Origin: Candidatus Hermodarchaeota archaeon
GTDB lineage: Archaea > Asgardarchaeota > Hermodarchaeia > Hermodarchaeales > Hermodarchaeaceae
Length of the DNA stretch: 64,000 nucleotides
Reading direction: 5' to 3'
Assembly: GCA_016839805.1 (NCBI GenBank)
Contig: JAEOTO010000007.1
Coordinates: 1 to 64,000 of the forward strand
Shown here: piece by piece, positions 10,152 to 20,689 of the stretch
Numbering within the stretch: the first letter of the stretch is position 1
Layout of the letters: every line of letters starts with the position of its first letter
Translations under genes and position numbers: made by a program
Notes under the pieces: generated by a model
What the model was told of the DNA's origin: nothing
The model's database searches: none
The model's input: only the letters and a program-made list of their open reading frames with translations

Positions 10152-11159
10152 CTATAAGATATGGAATCCATGCTTTAAAGGATCCCCAGATTGTAATACA
10201 AATTGATGAAAGCCCGTAATATGGGCTGACCCTGTGATTTCGGGACGTACAGCCTTAAATGAGTCTACTTGGGTAGCCTCCACAAGTCGTCCCTCAAAAG
10301 TTGTGCCGATAATGCTTTCATGGATGAATGGCTCTAGGAGCGCTAGCTTGTTTTTGGCATATAGACTGGCCATCTTGGCACTCGTACCCGTTCCGCATGG
10401 GGATCTGTCGAATTGTCCATTACCGAAGATTGTCACATTTCTAGCGTGGGCTCGAGGAGTCTGAGGAGGAGCAGAGATGAGCGTTAAGGCTACTTCACCT
10501 ATATTTGGATTTGTTGGGTGGCGAACTTTAACCCGATCATTAACTGCTTTTCGGATTTCTAAACCAGCATACACCAATTGTTGAAGGTGATCGATGTTGA
10601 CAGGTATAGCAAGAGCTGAGGAATCTACAATCGCAAAGAAGTTGCCACCAAAGGCAATATCGACGCTAAATTTTTCAAATTCAGGCAGAGTGATCTCTAC
10701 ATCCTGTGCGTAGAGAAATGAGGGTATGTTGCGCAGGGTCACATTCCTCACTACTCCTTCTTCGACCCTAGCTTTAGTATAAATTGAGCCTACAAGGGTA
10801 TCAATAGTTAGATTTGTATAAGGTTCTTGCTTTGAAACCATACCGAGTTCAAGAGCAAGAGTTACAACCCCAATCGTGCTATGAACACACAAGTGTAAAT
10901 ACCCAGCAGTATCGAAGAAGAGAAGACCCATTTGAGCTTCAGGAGTCACAGGAGGTGTTATGAAAACACCACACATATCGCGATGCCCCCGTGGCTCATG
11001 CATCAATATAGTGCGAAGCGAATCCAAATTGCTTTGAACGAAGACCAATCGTTCATGCATGGTTTCTCCACGGATTGGGAGAGTCCCACCAAGAACAACT
11101 CTAACTGGTTCGCCTGCCGTGTGAAGATCAGCTGTCGTGATGATTTTATCGAATTGCAT
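10152..11159 (-). CDS. proline racemase / hydroxyproline epimerase family protein
   Basis: HTAGEP, EPRGH, LCVH and DRSPCGTGTSA motifs; both catalytic Cys present. Confidence 0.92.
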   Translation of the reverse strand: MQFDKIITTADLHTAGEPVRVVLGGTLPIRGETMHERLVFVQSNLDSLRTILMHEPRGHRDMCGVFITPPVTPEAQMGLLFFDTAGYLHLCVHSTIGVVTLALELGMVSKQEPYTNLTIDTLVGSIYTKARVEEGVVRNVTLRNIPSFLYAQDVEITLPEFEKFSVDIAFGGNFFAIVDSSALAIPVNIDHLQQLVYAGLEIRKAVNDRVKVRHPTNPNIGEVALTLISAPPQTPRAHARNVTIFGNGQFDRSPCGTGTSAKMASLYAKNKLALLEPFIHESIIGTTFEGRLVEATQVDSFKAVRPEITGSAHITGFHQFVLQSGDPLKHGFHIL

Positions 11160-11242
11160 AAAAATTCTCCTTAGATTCGCATTTTGGTGGCAATTTTATA
11201 CTAAAACAGATTCGAGCTTTAAGATGTTCAGGTAGGCCCTGA

Positions 11243-11530
11243 CTAATCAACTTCTTCACGACTTTTCGTCTCTGCGTTTTTTCTGCGGAACAATCGAAGA
11301 TGTTTGGGGGATATTCTTGGTAACCCTTTGAGAGGGTAAACTGCCCAAGAGACCAAGGTCATAACTATTCCAAGGGTAATGATGGGTAAAAACAGCCAGG
11401 TGAAAGGAATCGAGGCTGGTGAAGAGTAGATTGGCTGGAGAGTAATTATCCTTGATTGAACATTAAGATATCCCCTGAATATGAAGAAGACGAGAAGTAG
11501 GATTACAATACTCCAGTTAACAAGCACCAC
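11243..11530 (-). CDS. hypothetical small membrane protein
   Basis: Two hydrophobic segments. Confidence 0.5.
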   Translation of the reverse strand: MVLVNWSIVILLLVFFIFRGYLNVQSRIITLQPIYSSPASIPFTWLFLPIITLGIVMTLVSWAVYPLKGLPRISPKHLRLFRRKNAETKSREEVD

Positions 11531-11810
11531 ATCATATGACTTTCTAATTTCCCGTTTGGCGTTTGTTGCAAGGTGTGAAATCGTGTAAGCCCTCCAAAAT
11601 ATCGAGTCAATCTAATTAATGTTAATCAATTCGTGTAAATATCTAAATTTATATACTTTGAATGAGGTTTTGCCCGGTAAGTAAACAAGGAATGAGTGAA
11701 TGGCCATTAGTCGTCTGCCTCTGTCGTCCATTGATCAATCGATAGTTGGTTCTTGTTTAAACTATTAACACATATGAGTAGTTTATTATTTCGATTAGCT
11801 TTTATTCAGC

Positions 11811-12869
11811 ATGGAGGAGAGTGAAGTTCAAAGTCGCCAAGTGGATGTGTGTATGCTGCGACCCAGAGTATTTGTAACACGAGCACTACCTGAACCGGGA
11901 CCATCAATTCTTCAAAAATATTGCCAAGTGGAATTTTGGTCCAAAGATATGCCTCCTTCAAAGTCGACAATTATTCAGAAAGCTAAAGTGGTAGATGGCT
12001 TTGTGTCTTTTCTTACCGATTCCTTTGACGAAGAAGTAATCAACGCTTGCGATCATGTTAAAGTCATCAGCCAGGTAGCTGTAGGTTATGATAATGTTGA
12101 CATTACTGCTGCCACAGCGAAGAACATTATCGTGACTAATACACCCGAAGTCTTAACAGAGACCACAGCTGATTTTGCGTTTGCCCTACTTCTTGCCACC
12201 GCGCGGCGAGTTGCAGAAGCAGACCGCTACGTTCGGGCTGGCAGTTGGAAGGTACCATGGGCCATTGATATGATGGTGGGTCAAGATGTGTATCAACAAA
12301 CATTAGGGATCATAGGTTTGGGGCGTATTGGTCGAGCTGTAGCACGACGGGCACAGGGATTTGGCATGAAAATATTGTATTTTGATGTGACTCCAGCGTC
12401 GGACCTTGAGAAAGAATTGGGGATCCAAGCCGTTTCCTTAGACAGGTTACTTCGAGAATCTGATTTCATTACATTACATGTACCCTTGACTCCGAAAACG
12501 CAAGGGATGATTGGCTATCAGGAATTGCAGAAGATGAAGCCTTCAGCCTGCCTAATCAATACATCGCGTGGAGCCGTTATTGACCAAAATGCATTAGTAC
12601 GCGCTTTAAAAGAAGATATCATTGCTTATGCGGGATTAGACGTATTTGCAGAAGAGCCTATTTCAGCAAATCACCCATTATTGTTCCTTGAAAACGTGAC
12701 ACTAGCACCACATATTGCAAGTGCAAGTACGCAGACTCGGTCGAAGATGGGAGTCATGGCGGTCGAAAACTGCCTAGCCGTTCTTAGAGGCAAAATTCCT
12801 CCAAATCCCGTGAATGCAGATCTTGCTAAAAAACTTCTAACTTCTACCAACGCCAAAAGCAATACCTAG
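11811..12869 (+). CDS. gyaR: glyoxylate reductase / D-2-hydroxyacid dehydrogenase
   Basis: AVGYDN, TNTP, GLGRIG, INTSRG, LDVF..EP and PHIAS motifs. Likely start ATG 11853. Confidence 0.88.
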   Translation: MEESEVQSRQVDVCMLRPRVFVTRALPEPGPSILQKYCQVEFWSKDMPPSKSTIIQKAKVVDGFVSFLTDSFDEEVINACDHVKVISQVAVGYDNVDITAATAKNIIVTNTPEVLTETTADFAFALLLATARRVAEADRYVRAGSWKVPWAIDMMVGQDVYQQTLGIIGLGRIGRAVARRAQGFGMKILYFDVTPASDLEKELGIQAVSLDRLLRESDFITLHVPLTPKTQGMIGYQELQKMKPSACLINTSRGAVIDQNALVRALKEDIIAYAGLDVFAEEPISANHPLLFLENVTLAPHIASASTQTRSKMGVMAVENCLAVLRGKIPPNPVNADLAKKLLTSTNAKSNT

Positions 12870-12963
12870 GGAATATGGTTCTTAGATCAACCGTGTTCGG
12901 ATGCTAGCGCCTGTATGAGCAGGTTCAACCACTGAAGCATACATTCGCATCTGAAATTTATGC

Positions 12964-13068
12964 AAAGAGAATGATCTCATTGTGACAACTTTTTAGATTA
13001 CTGTGACAGAAAATGTACAAATACACCGTCACTTGAAAAATCTGGATAAATGTATTATGACACTTTTT
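12964..13068 (+). repeat. cassette-boundary repeat, copies A and B with linker
   Basis: A (12964-12990): AAAGAGAATGA TCTCA TTGTGACAACT. B (13039-13065): AATCTGGATAA ATGTA TTATGACACTT. Linker TGTACAAATACACCGTCACTTGAAA lies between them. Confidence 0.75.
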
Positions 13069-13644
13069 GCATGATAAAACTATCACGGGTCTGCAGTCAG
13101 TTAAGGGGCTTAGATTTCCCTGGCAGCCTTCACGCACGTAGGAGTCAATGTACTTCTATAATCTTCGGTATCCAGAGAATATGGCGATTAAGTACAAGAA
13201 ATGATGTCGACGGAGCGAAAATTCTAGGGGTTTGAGAACTGACTGAACCAGATTAGTTGAGATGCACGGCGTATGTGAGGGACGAGTAGGTGCTACTCTC
13301 CTCGACTTCAAGAACCTATTGGTTAATTGAGGTGAAGATGTGGAGTGCACGGTTGCTTCGCCCAATCAGCTGGTGGGTTGGGGAAATCCTGTGAGCATGG
13401 TTGCAGGATGACATCCTCTGATTGAGAGTGATTGTAGTCAAGAGGTTGAGTGAACTAAACGGTCAACCGTTGACGTGGGGTTTTCACTGATGCAACCGCC
13501 GATGGAAGACCCATTATTAGGAAGAAATTTGGCAGAACTGGCTGATAGCGCTATGACCTCCTATCCCCAACAGGACGATTATTGATTCCAGCCACTATAA
13601 TAGGAACAGCAGCGTTTGAGTAGCACCTAAAATTTTTCTGCCAG

Positions 13645-13690
13645 ATGGGGAATGATCTCATTCTGAGACTTTTTGTACAAATACAACGTT
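13645..13690 (+). repeat. cassette-boundary repeat, copy C with partial linker
   Basis: ATGGGGAATGA TCTCA TTCTGAGACTT TTTGTACAAATACAACGT; shares GAATGATCTCATT with copy A. Confidence 0.7.
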
Positions 13691-13909
13691 TATCGTAAAG
13701 TTGCTAACAACAACTAGCAGCTTATCCCAGAATGCTTTTTTTCTTTCATACAAATACAAAAGCCACGTGGCAAATTCCCCTGTGCGAGTAATTTTTTAAA
13801 ATAGGTTGATACGAGGTTCAGAATGGCGACGTTAAAGGCACTCTTAAAACTTCATCACGAAATACTATGATTCGACTTAACGAACCGAGGACAGCCTAAA
13901 AAATAAACG

Positions 13910-14749
13910 GTGTCAAACATGGTTGGAATACTTATTGCAGCGGCCCTCACCACTGGGATAGTATTTCCACTTTTCTATCTATTTTGGCGTACTTCCAAGA
14001 CATCCGCTTTTACAATCCTTCCTTTCTTGTTCCAATTACCCATGAGTTTGGTGCTCAACTTGACGGTCAAGCCGTGGCTGAACACTGTAATTGTTGGGCT
14101 TGGATTGCCAATGCAAGCAATGCTTCTCCTACTCCTATTTGTGGCACCCTTCACGGAGGAGGCGGTCAAGTTAGTAGGTCTTTCCCTACTCTTTCTTCGT
14201 TGCTTTATTCGCCACGATGTTGGAGAAAACCAGGGGATACCTGCCTGGCGTTGGCTTCGAACGGTGGGTGTTATGAGCGGAATGGGCTTTGGCGTTGGTG
14301 AAATCTGGGCTGTTGCAGTATTAGTAGTTTTATATGAACCTCTTCTGGCGGTCTACCCTTGGTTCTTTTATCAGGGATTCATGATTGAACGCTTCGAAGT
14401 CGTCTTCATCCACGGCCTATTCGGTTTGGTGAGCTACTGGGGGTATCGCCGATGGTTACCTGCCACTTATCTAGCGGCCGTGGGACTACATGCCACACTT
14501 AATGCGCCGATTATCATATATCAATTGGGACTCCTTCCAGCGACGCACTTGTCCCTCTACGTCACACTCTTCTGCGTCATCAGTTTGGCTGTGATGAGTA
14601 CTACTCTGACAACCAAGGACCGCCGCAAACGGCGCCGTTCTCAGTTAGAGACGACTGATAAGCCTGTCACGACTGAAAAGGTTAAGAGACAACCGGAAGA
14701 CCGCATAGTCGGCGATGCCAAGGATAACGGCGACGAGGCTCAGGATTAA
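13910..14749 (+). CDS. PrsW-like glutamic intramembrane protease
   Basis: APFTEEAVK, GMGFGVGE, a conserved His (IHG) and LHATLN motifs; multiple TM segments. Confidence 0.75.
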   Translation: MSNMVGILIAAALTTGIVFPLFYLFWRTSKTSAFTILPFLFQLPMSLVLNLTVKPWLNTVIVGLGLPMQAMLLLLLFVAPFTEEAVKLVGLSLLFLRCFIRHDVGENQGIPAWRWLRTVGVMSGMGFGVGEIWAVAVLVVLYEPLLAVYPWFFYQGFMIERFEVVFIHGLFGLVSYWGYRRWLPATYLAAVGLHATLNAPIIIYQLGLLPATHLSLYVTLFCVISLAVMSTTLTTKDRRKRRRSQLETTDKPVTTEKVKRQPEDRIVGDAKDNGDEAQD

Positions 14750-15385
14750 CCAATCGAATCCTGAACCTTGAAGGAGTCCAATGTAGGGAACGAGCATTGC
14801 GGGAAGAACTATGAACGTACTGATTTGGTAGGCTTCATAGACCGTACTGACCCGACCAGAGATGATGACAGTAAACCCGACAGCCAGAGCCGAGAAGAGG
14901 GGGGGCATAATCAACGCTTGGACGACATCCAGTAGAGTGGGCCACACCCACAGCAAGAAGGGTGCCATAAAGAGGAGCATCCCGTTCATTATGCCAATGG
15001 CTAAGATGAAGTTAGCATAAGCGACTACCAAACCTGGCACAATGGCGGTGAGTGCCTTGCCAAGTAACAGCTCTGAATCGGTAAGTGGCGTAGCCAGTAA
15101 GGGGACTAGGGTGCGGCGCTCTTTCTCGCCTACAATGGAATCAGCCGCAATCATTACGGGTAATATCACCGGCATCATGACGACGACCAAACCCATTGTG
15201 GAGGCCATCATAACACGGTAGAAGAAAGGATCCGGGGGTGCAGGGATTACACTAATTAACCACGCCATAAACACAGAAAACATGACAGAGAATAGAACGA
15301 CCATCACAGGAATGGATTTAACTTGGCGACTCTTGAAGACCATACGGATTTCAGTACGAGCCATTACCCACACTTTTTTCAGCAT
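14645..15385 (-). CDS. ABC-2 type transporter permease
   Basis: AADSIVGEKERRTLVPLLATP...LLGK motif; about 6 TM segments. Confidence 0.88.
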   Translation of the reverse strand: MLKKVWVMARTEIRMVFKSRQVKSIPVMVVLFSVMFSVFMAWLISVIPAPPDPFFYRVMMASTMGLVVVMMPVILPVMIAADSIVGEKERRTLVPLLATPLTDSELLLGKALTAIVPGLVVAYANFILAIGIMNGMLLFMAPFLLWVWPTLLDVVQALIMPPLFSALAVGFTVIISGRVSTVYEAYQISTFIVLPAMLVPYIGLLQGSGFDWLILSLVAVILGIADYAVFRLSLNLFSRDRLISRL

Positions 15386-15392
15386 ACGTTCA

Positions 15393-16331
15393 TCAACCTC
15401 CGATGACTTTTAAGTAGACATCTTCAAGACTGGGCACACGTTCACGGAGCTCCACGATACGCAGACCAGCTTCAATGAGTACATAAACGATGGAAGGATT
15501 GTTGCGGTCGGCTTCCTCTACCACAAAGACGACGCGTCCGCCTTCCATCTTTACTGTCTTAGCGAGACCAGTGGCTTCAACAATGGCTTTGCCCTTGGCT
15601 GGATTGTTATTAACAAGTTGGAGTTCGAAGGTACGCTCAGTCCAGAATTTGTTGCGCAAATCACTGGGGCGCCCGACCTCCATGAGTCTTCCATTGGAGA
15701 TGAAAGCGACGCGGTCGCACACATGTTCAGCTTCGGAAAGAAGATGCGTACACATGAAAAATGTCTGCTTCTGACTTTCACCCATTTTGTCGATGAATTC
15801 GCGTACTTTTTTCGACATGATGGGGTCGAGAATCGATGTGGGCTCATCCAAAAAGACAACTGGTGGATTGTGGACAAGGGCGCGCGCAAGAGATAACTTC
15901 TGTTTAAGACCAGTGCTAAAGGTTCGGGGTGATTCATCGCGCCGGTCGGTGAGCTCAAGGAATTCAAGAAGTTCTTCAATGCGGTTTTGAAGTTCTTCAA
16001 TAGGAACATTATAAAGGCCACCAAAATATTGGAGGTTCTCATAGTTAGTAAGCCGGTCGTAATGGGTGTCTGCTCCATCTTCGGGCAGTAATCCGATAGT
16101 GATTCTCACTTCCTCCGGGTCTTCGAGGACATCATATCCATTAATGAAAACGGTACCTTTGTTTGGTGTAAGGAGTGTGGCTGCTATCTTTACTGTCGTA
16201 GATTTTCCTGCAGCATTCGGACCTAAAAAGCCAAAGACTTCTCCCTTTCGGACATCCAGGCTAACGTTGTTAACTGCCGTAATATCACCAAACTGCTTGG
16301 TTAAATCGTGGATTTCTATTCGTGTTATCAT
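15393..16331 (-). CDS. ABC transporter ATP-binding protein
   Basis: GPNAAGKST, FSTGLKQ, LDEPT and H-loop motifs; C-terminal PSLEDVYL. Confidence 0.92.
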   Translation of the reverse strand: MITRIEIHDLTKQFGDITAVNNVSLDVRKGEVFGFLGPNAAGKSTTVKIAATLLTPNKGTVFINGYDVLEDPEEVRITIGLLPEDGADTHYDRLTNYENLQYFGGLYNVPIEELQNRIEELLEFLELTDRRDESPRTFSTGLKQKLSLARALVHNPPVVFLDEPTSILDPIMSKKVREFIDKMGESQKQTFFMCTHLLSEAEHVCDRVAFISNGRLMEVGRPSDLRNKFWTERTFELQLVNNNPAKGKAIVEATGLAKTVKMEGGRVVFVVEEADRNNPSIVYVLIEAGLRIVELRERVPSLEDVYLKVIGG

Positions 16332-16658
16332 ATCTTTTCCTCGAGTGATGTATTCTCATATTTCCTATTAGCGCCTCTATAATTTAACAATAATTGATTA
16401 TTCCACTTGCAGATTCAATCTGATTCATGCCTTTTAATGATGTCAAGCTCACGGCTTGATATTTGTCACATTCAAAATCTTATTGGGTCAATAGGGTTCC
16501 TCTGCTAGTTACACTTGCTAGTGGGCCAGGGGCGAAAAAGTAATTGGCTGAATCCCAAGACTCAATCGACCAAGAAAATCTTCTCGCTGAATCCCCCGTA
16601 AGGGAATATTCTGGCACACCAAAGAAAGGTGGAAGTATTGGGTCTCCAGGACGACATG

Positions 16659-16723
16659 GTTCTTGATTAATCTATTCTGACACTTTTTGGCAGAATACAA
16701 TGGTTATTGCATAATCTGGATCA
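16659..16723 (+). repeat. cassette-boundary repeat, copy D with linker and left half-site
   Basis: GTTCTTGATTA ATCTA TTCTGACACTT, then linker, then AATCTGGATCA. 16680-16718 is identical to 42529-42567 over 39 bp. Confidence 0.8.
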
Positions 16724-17184
16724 CTCACATTCAACTCGTCCGCATTTTCGCATTATGGCTAGCTGAAAAAGAAAGAGCAGACCGACTAGTGGTAGAAATT
16801 GCAGCCTTACTCCATGATATCGGGAAATACCAAGGACGCAAGGACCACCACATTCACGGTCACAAACTTGCCAAAACATTCCTCAGCAACCAAAACACCT
16901 CACAAGAACAACAACACTTAATCCTAAAATGCATCCTGAAACACCGAACCCGTTTTTACTCTGAGGATAACGAACTCGAAGTTAAAATCATCCAGTGGGC
17001 TGATGTCCTCGGCACCCTCTTCAACGAGAACTGGCAAGAACACTGTAGACAAACGCTCCCTCAAGACCAAATCCAACAATTCTATGACCAAGCGAGTAAC
17101 CTCATAAGCCTTGAATCAGCAAAAACACTTGCCCAACAACGAGCCCAAACCCTATCAGCCATACTAACACAGCAAACAAAATGA
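16687..17184 (+). CDS. HD domain phosphohydrolase, possibly 5'-truncated
   Basis: H..(THIQLV), AALLHDIGK, DHH, ILKH and AD motifs. The only start (TTG) lies inside the repeat. Confidence 0.75.
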   Translation: MAEYNGYCIIWITHIQLVRIFALWLAEKERADRLVVEIAALLHDIGKYQGRKDHHIHGHKLAKTFLSNQNTSQEQQHLILKCILKHRTRFYSEDNELEVKIIQWADVLGTLFNENWQEHCRQTLPQDQIQQFYDQASNLISLESAKTLAQQRAQTLSAILTQQTK

Positions 17185-17318
17185 AAAACATCAATCTTTG
17201 AAGTTTCTAATCACCTGCGCCATTTTCTCACAATATTTCAGCACTTTAATCCGAACCGCCATCCGCCCATTAACTATGTGTTAAAATGAAGGCCTTTGGC
17301 TGATATCTAGTTTGAAGG

Positions 17319-18065
17319 TCATTTGAGAGTTTTGGTCGGTGAGTTTCGAAGATGGCGAATACCTTCATGGATAAGACCGCCTATTCCGATAATAAATACC
17401 ATCAGCCCAGCATAAACTGCAATAATAATTAACATAACCGTGAACATGTTATAGACGCCCAAGAAAATGTTGGTTGCATGGAGACGGTAAAATTCGTTGT
17501 CCTCATCACCATTATGATATTCATAAAACCAAGAAGTAACCAGTCCACATTCGACAACATACCGCCCGACGAACTGATTATTATCGGACATAATTGATCG
17601 AACTCCCACCACAACTTGGAATGAATTACCCTCATCTGCTTCATCAACACCGTCATACCCAATGCGATATATTTGGGCGATTTGATTGGTCAAGAGGTAG
17701 TGCACTGTCTCCCCGTAATCGACATCATTCGCAACCCAAAAATTCGTGGATTGATAAATGGGGAGCGTAAGCTCTGTTTCATTGGTCCACGAAACGTCGT
17801 TCCAGGTACTGACCTTTATAGTTGTAAAGTAAAGAGACCCTGCTACGACTTCCAAGCGTATGGACCCAGGCATCAACCTCCAGTACTCGACATGCCCCCG
17901 AGTGTATATGGCAGAGGCTCCAGGACATCTCAGCCAATTCAGCCGACGCGTCATCGGTTCAGGATAGTTGATGACCGCAAGTGCAAAGATAGATAGCGCT
18001 ATCAAAGCAACAAGGGCATAGGTTCTTACTCGTTGTCGAGGTTTCACTTCACTCTCCACAGCCAA
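17319..18065 (-). CDS. hypothetical membrane-anchored protein
   Basis: N-terminal and C-terminal TM helices around a soluble domain. Confidence 0.6.
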   Translation of the reverse strand: MAVESEVKPRQRVRTYALVALIALSIFALAVINYPEPMTRRLNWLRCPGASAIYTRGHVEYWRLMPGSIRLEVVAGSLYFTTIKVSTWNDVSWTNETELTLPIYQSTNFWVANDVDYGETVHYLLTNQIAQIYRIGYDGVDEADEGNSFQVVVGVRSIMSDNNQFVGRYVVECGLVTSWFYEYHNGDEDNEFYRLHATNIFLGVYNMFTVMLIIIAVYAGLMVFIIGIGGLIHEGIRHLRNSPTKTLK

Positions 18066-18358
18066 CTAGCACATCACACTTTATTAATTTTACTATATTT
18101 ACGATAAAAACAGTTAAAAATAGAACAGAAAACCCGAAAAACCACAATGCCATAGTAGAACCTAAAACGAAAGAAAGGTCAATAGTGGCTCGCATTACGA
18201 ACTAGCTACCAACAGACCATTCCTTAAAGTTCTGAATAACTTGTGTTTTTTCACCGAGATGAATCAAACCTTTGAAACGCATTCCATAGGATCATTCGTC
18301 GTAAACACTGGTATATTGTAAGCTAGGGTTAAAGGCAAACTTCGAACATTGTTTACAT

Positions 18359-19333
18359 ATGTTAGTTTTATTGACCGGAGCCTTTGGAAATATCGGTGAA
18401 AGCACACTATTAGCTCTGTTTGAGCTGAACCATCAGATTCGATGCTTTGATTTGCATACAAAACAAAACGAAAAACTCGCTAAGCACCTACAGAAATATG
18501 GAGACTTCGAAATCGTTTGGGGCGATATACGAGATACTGACACTACCAAGAAAATCGTTGAAGATGTCAAGTGCATCATTCATTTAGCTGCAATCATTCC
18601 ACCCAAAAGTGAAGATGACCCCGAATTCACCCATTCAGTGAATGTTGGTGGAACGTTAAGACTTATAGAAGCAGCAGAAGCTTTGCCTGTAAAACCGAAG
18701 TTCGTTTTTGCCAGTTCAATATCAGTATTCGGACCAACCATGCATCTCCCTCCACCAAGAACAGCGGAGGACCCCCTTAATCCCACTGATGTCTACACTA
18801 CCACTAAAGTCGAAAGTGAAACAGCCCTCCGAGCGAGCACACTTCCCTGGACCATTCTCCGCCTTGCCGCTGTCCCATCTCTCCGAATTAGTGGCGAAGT
18901 AGACCCAATGCTCTTTGAGATGCCATTAAAACAACGAATCGAATTTGTCCACACCCGCGACGTCGGCACTGCATTCGCCAACTCAGTAACCGCGGAGACT
19001 ACGAAGAAAGTCTTACTGATTGGAGGTGGTAAATCCAATCAACTGCTTCAACACGAGTTCATAACCAATATCCTCAACGCCATGGGAATCGGAATGCTTC
19101 CAAAAACTGCGTTTCGCGTCGCAACAAAGACAGAAGAATGGTACTACACCGATTGGATAGATACCACCGAATCACAACAGCTCTTACAATACCAACATTA
19201 CACCTATGACCAATACATCGAAGAACTCAAGCGCGCAATCGGATTCAAACGATATCTAGCACGAATATTCCGAAGTTTCGCACAAAAACGCCTCCTCGGT
19301 CAATCACCTTACTATCAAAAAACTGATAGCTAA
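18359..19333 (+). CDS. NAD-dependent epimerase/dehydratase (extended SDR)
   Basis: TGAFGNIG, HLAA and YTTTK (YxxxK) motifs. Confidence 0.88.
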   Translation: MLVLLTGAFGNIGESTLLALFELNHQIRCFDLHTKQNEKLAKHLQKYGDFEIVWGDIRDTDTTKKIVEDVKCIIHLAAIIPPKSEDDPEFTHSVNVGGTLRLIEAAEALPVKPKFVFASSISVFGPTMHLPPPRTAEDPLNPTDVYTTTKVESETALRASTLPWTILRLAAVPSLRISGEVDPMLFEMPLKQRIEFVHTRDVGTAFANSVTAETTKKVLLIGGGKSNQLLQHEFITNILNAMGIGMLPKTAFRVATKTEEWYYTDWIDTTESQQLLQYQHYTYDQYIEELKRAIGFKRYLARIFRSFAQKRLLGQSPYYQKTDS

Positions 19334-20613
19334 TCCTCGAAGTTCTGGATCTGCTGTTGTTTTTTCTCTATGTTCCAGAAGAAAGCGGCATATAACACAG
19401 TTGAAGTCGAATAACATGTGAGAGTAAACCAGAATGGAACTAGATACAATTGGAGGTCAAATAGGGGTCCTGTCACGAGGGTGCTTAATGCCCAGGGGAA
19501 ATTCCAGGCAAAACCGGAAATTGCACTCATAGTAGGTTGGAAATATTCGGGAACCAGTTCCATACGAAGAGTAGTATCGACAGGCATAGAGGCGTTCATG
19601 AGAACGACTCGAAAGATGTAACTGGTGATAGCTACAAAGGGATTAATGATTGTGGCAATGAAGAAGAGGAAGGGAAGTGATAAACCCTGTGTCACAATGA
19701 CAGTTTTTACTTTGCCAATTCGTGTTGATAGAACCGGTGATAAGAATACTCCCAGTGCGACTGAAAGGGATCCGAGGCCTTGTACTAGGCCCACGACTGG
19801 GGTGGGCAAATTATAGAATTCCCAGAAGAAGATGGTGAGGTAGGGAATTACGAAGCCTGCTCCAAGGCCAATGAAAACGTTGACTAAAGCAAATCGTAGG
19901 GCGAGTTTTTTCACGTCTTTCTTTGCCACAGGCTGTACTGTCTTGTGAGAGAACTCACTACCATTATTTGGTGGGGGACCTTCGGATTCTCGGATCACTA
20001 AGAGAGGTAAAATACTCAGTATAAGGGGAATTACATGAATGAATAGTGCCATTTGGAAGGTGGGGGGGCTATCGAATGGCAATGCATAATAGAGGGAGAA
20101 GAATCCGGGGAGGAAACCTGCTAGTGTGTTTGCGAGAAAGGAGCTGAGAATCATGGCTGACTGGGAGGTGCCAAATAAGTGAGTTCGTTCATAAGAGGTG
20201 CTGGATCGGGTGATGAAGGGGCTAAAAGAAACGTTAAGTAGTGCGAATCCAAGTCCTCCCAACACTGCTGTAATCAAGAGAACTTCAGGAACTGGAAAAG
20301 CTACCTGGCTGAAGCCCACGGTTACAGATATCATCATTCCTACAATGAGAGAATTTTTTGGTCCTACTCGGGTTACATATACTCCCATTACAATGGACGA
20401 GATTGCCATTGACATAGCATTGAGCGACATGAGTCCGCCTAAGAATGCATTGCTGTATCCGATACTGATTAGGTAGAGGTTGAAGAGTGTCTGGGTGATT
20501 CCCCAGCCAAAAGCTCGTGTGAAGTTGCTAATAATGAGCTTTTGTGCATTAGGGCTGAATTGGCGAATACGGTGCCAATAGCTGGTGACTTCCGTTCGGA
20601 GAATAGTGCTCAC
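19330..20613 (-). CDS. MFS transporter
   Basis: About 12 TM segments with MFS-like loop motifs (RVGPK, STRIGK). Confidence 0.85.
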   Translation of the reverse strand: MSTILRTEVTSYWHRIRQFSPNAQKLIISNFTRAFGWGITQTLFNLYLISIGYSNAFLGGLMSLNAMSMAISSIVMGVYVTRVGPKNSLIVGMMISVTVGFSQVAFPVPEVLLITAVLGGLGFALLNVSFSPFITRSSTSYERTHLFGTSQSAMILSSFLANTLAGFLPGFFSLYYALPFDSPPTFQMALFIHVIPLILSILPLLVIRESEGPPPNNGSEFSHKTVQPVAKKDVKKLALRFALVNVFIGLGAGFVIPYLTIFFWEFYNLPTPVVGLVQGLGSLSVALGVFLSPVLSTRIGKVKTVIVTQGLSLPFLFFIATIINPFVAITSYIFRVVLMNASMPVDTTLRMELVPEYFQPTMSAISGFAWNFPWALSTLVTGPLFDLQLYLVPFWFTLTCYSTSTVLYAAFFWNIEKKQQQIQNFED

Positions 20614-20689
20614 AGAACTCTCCTCTAGCTATCATGGTGGGCAGGTTCTTTAGATATTTTAAACTGCTGACTGTTTTAAGGTGAAAGAT

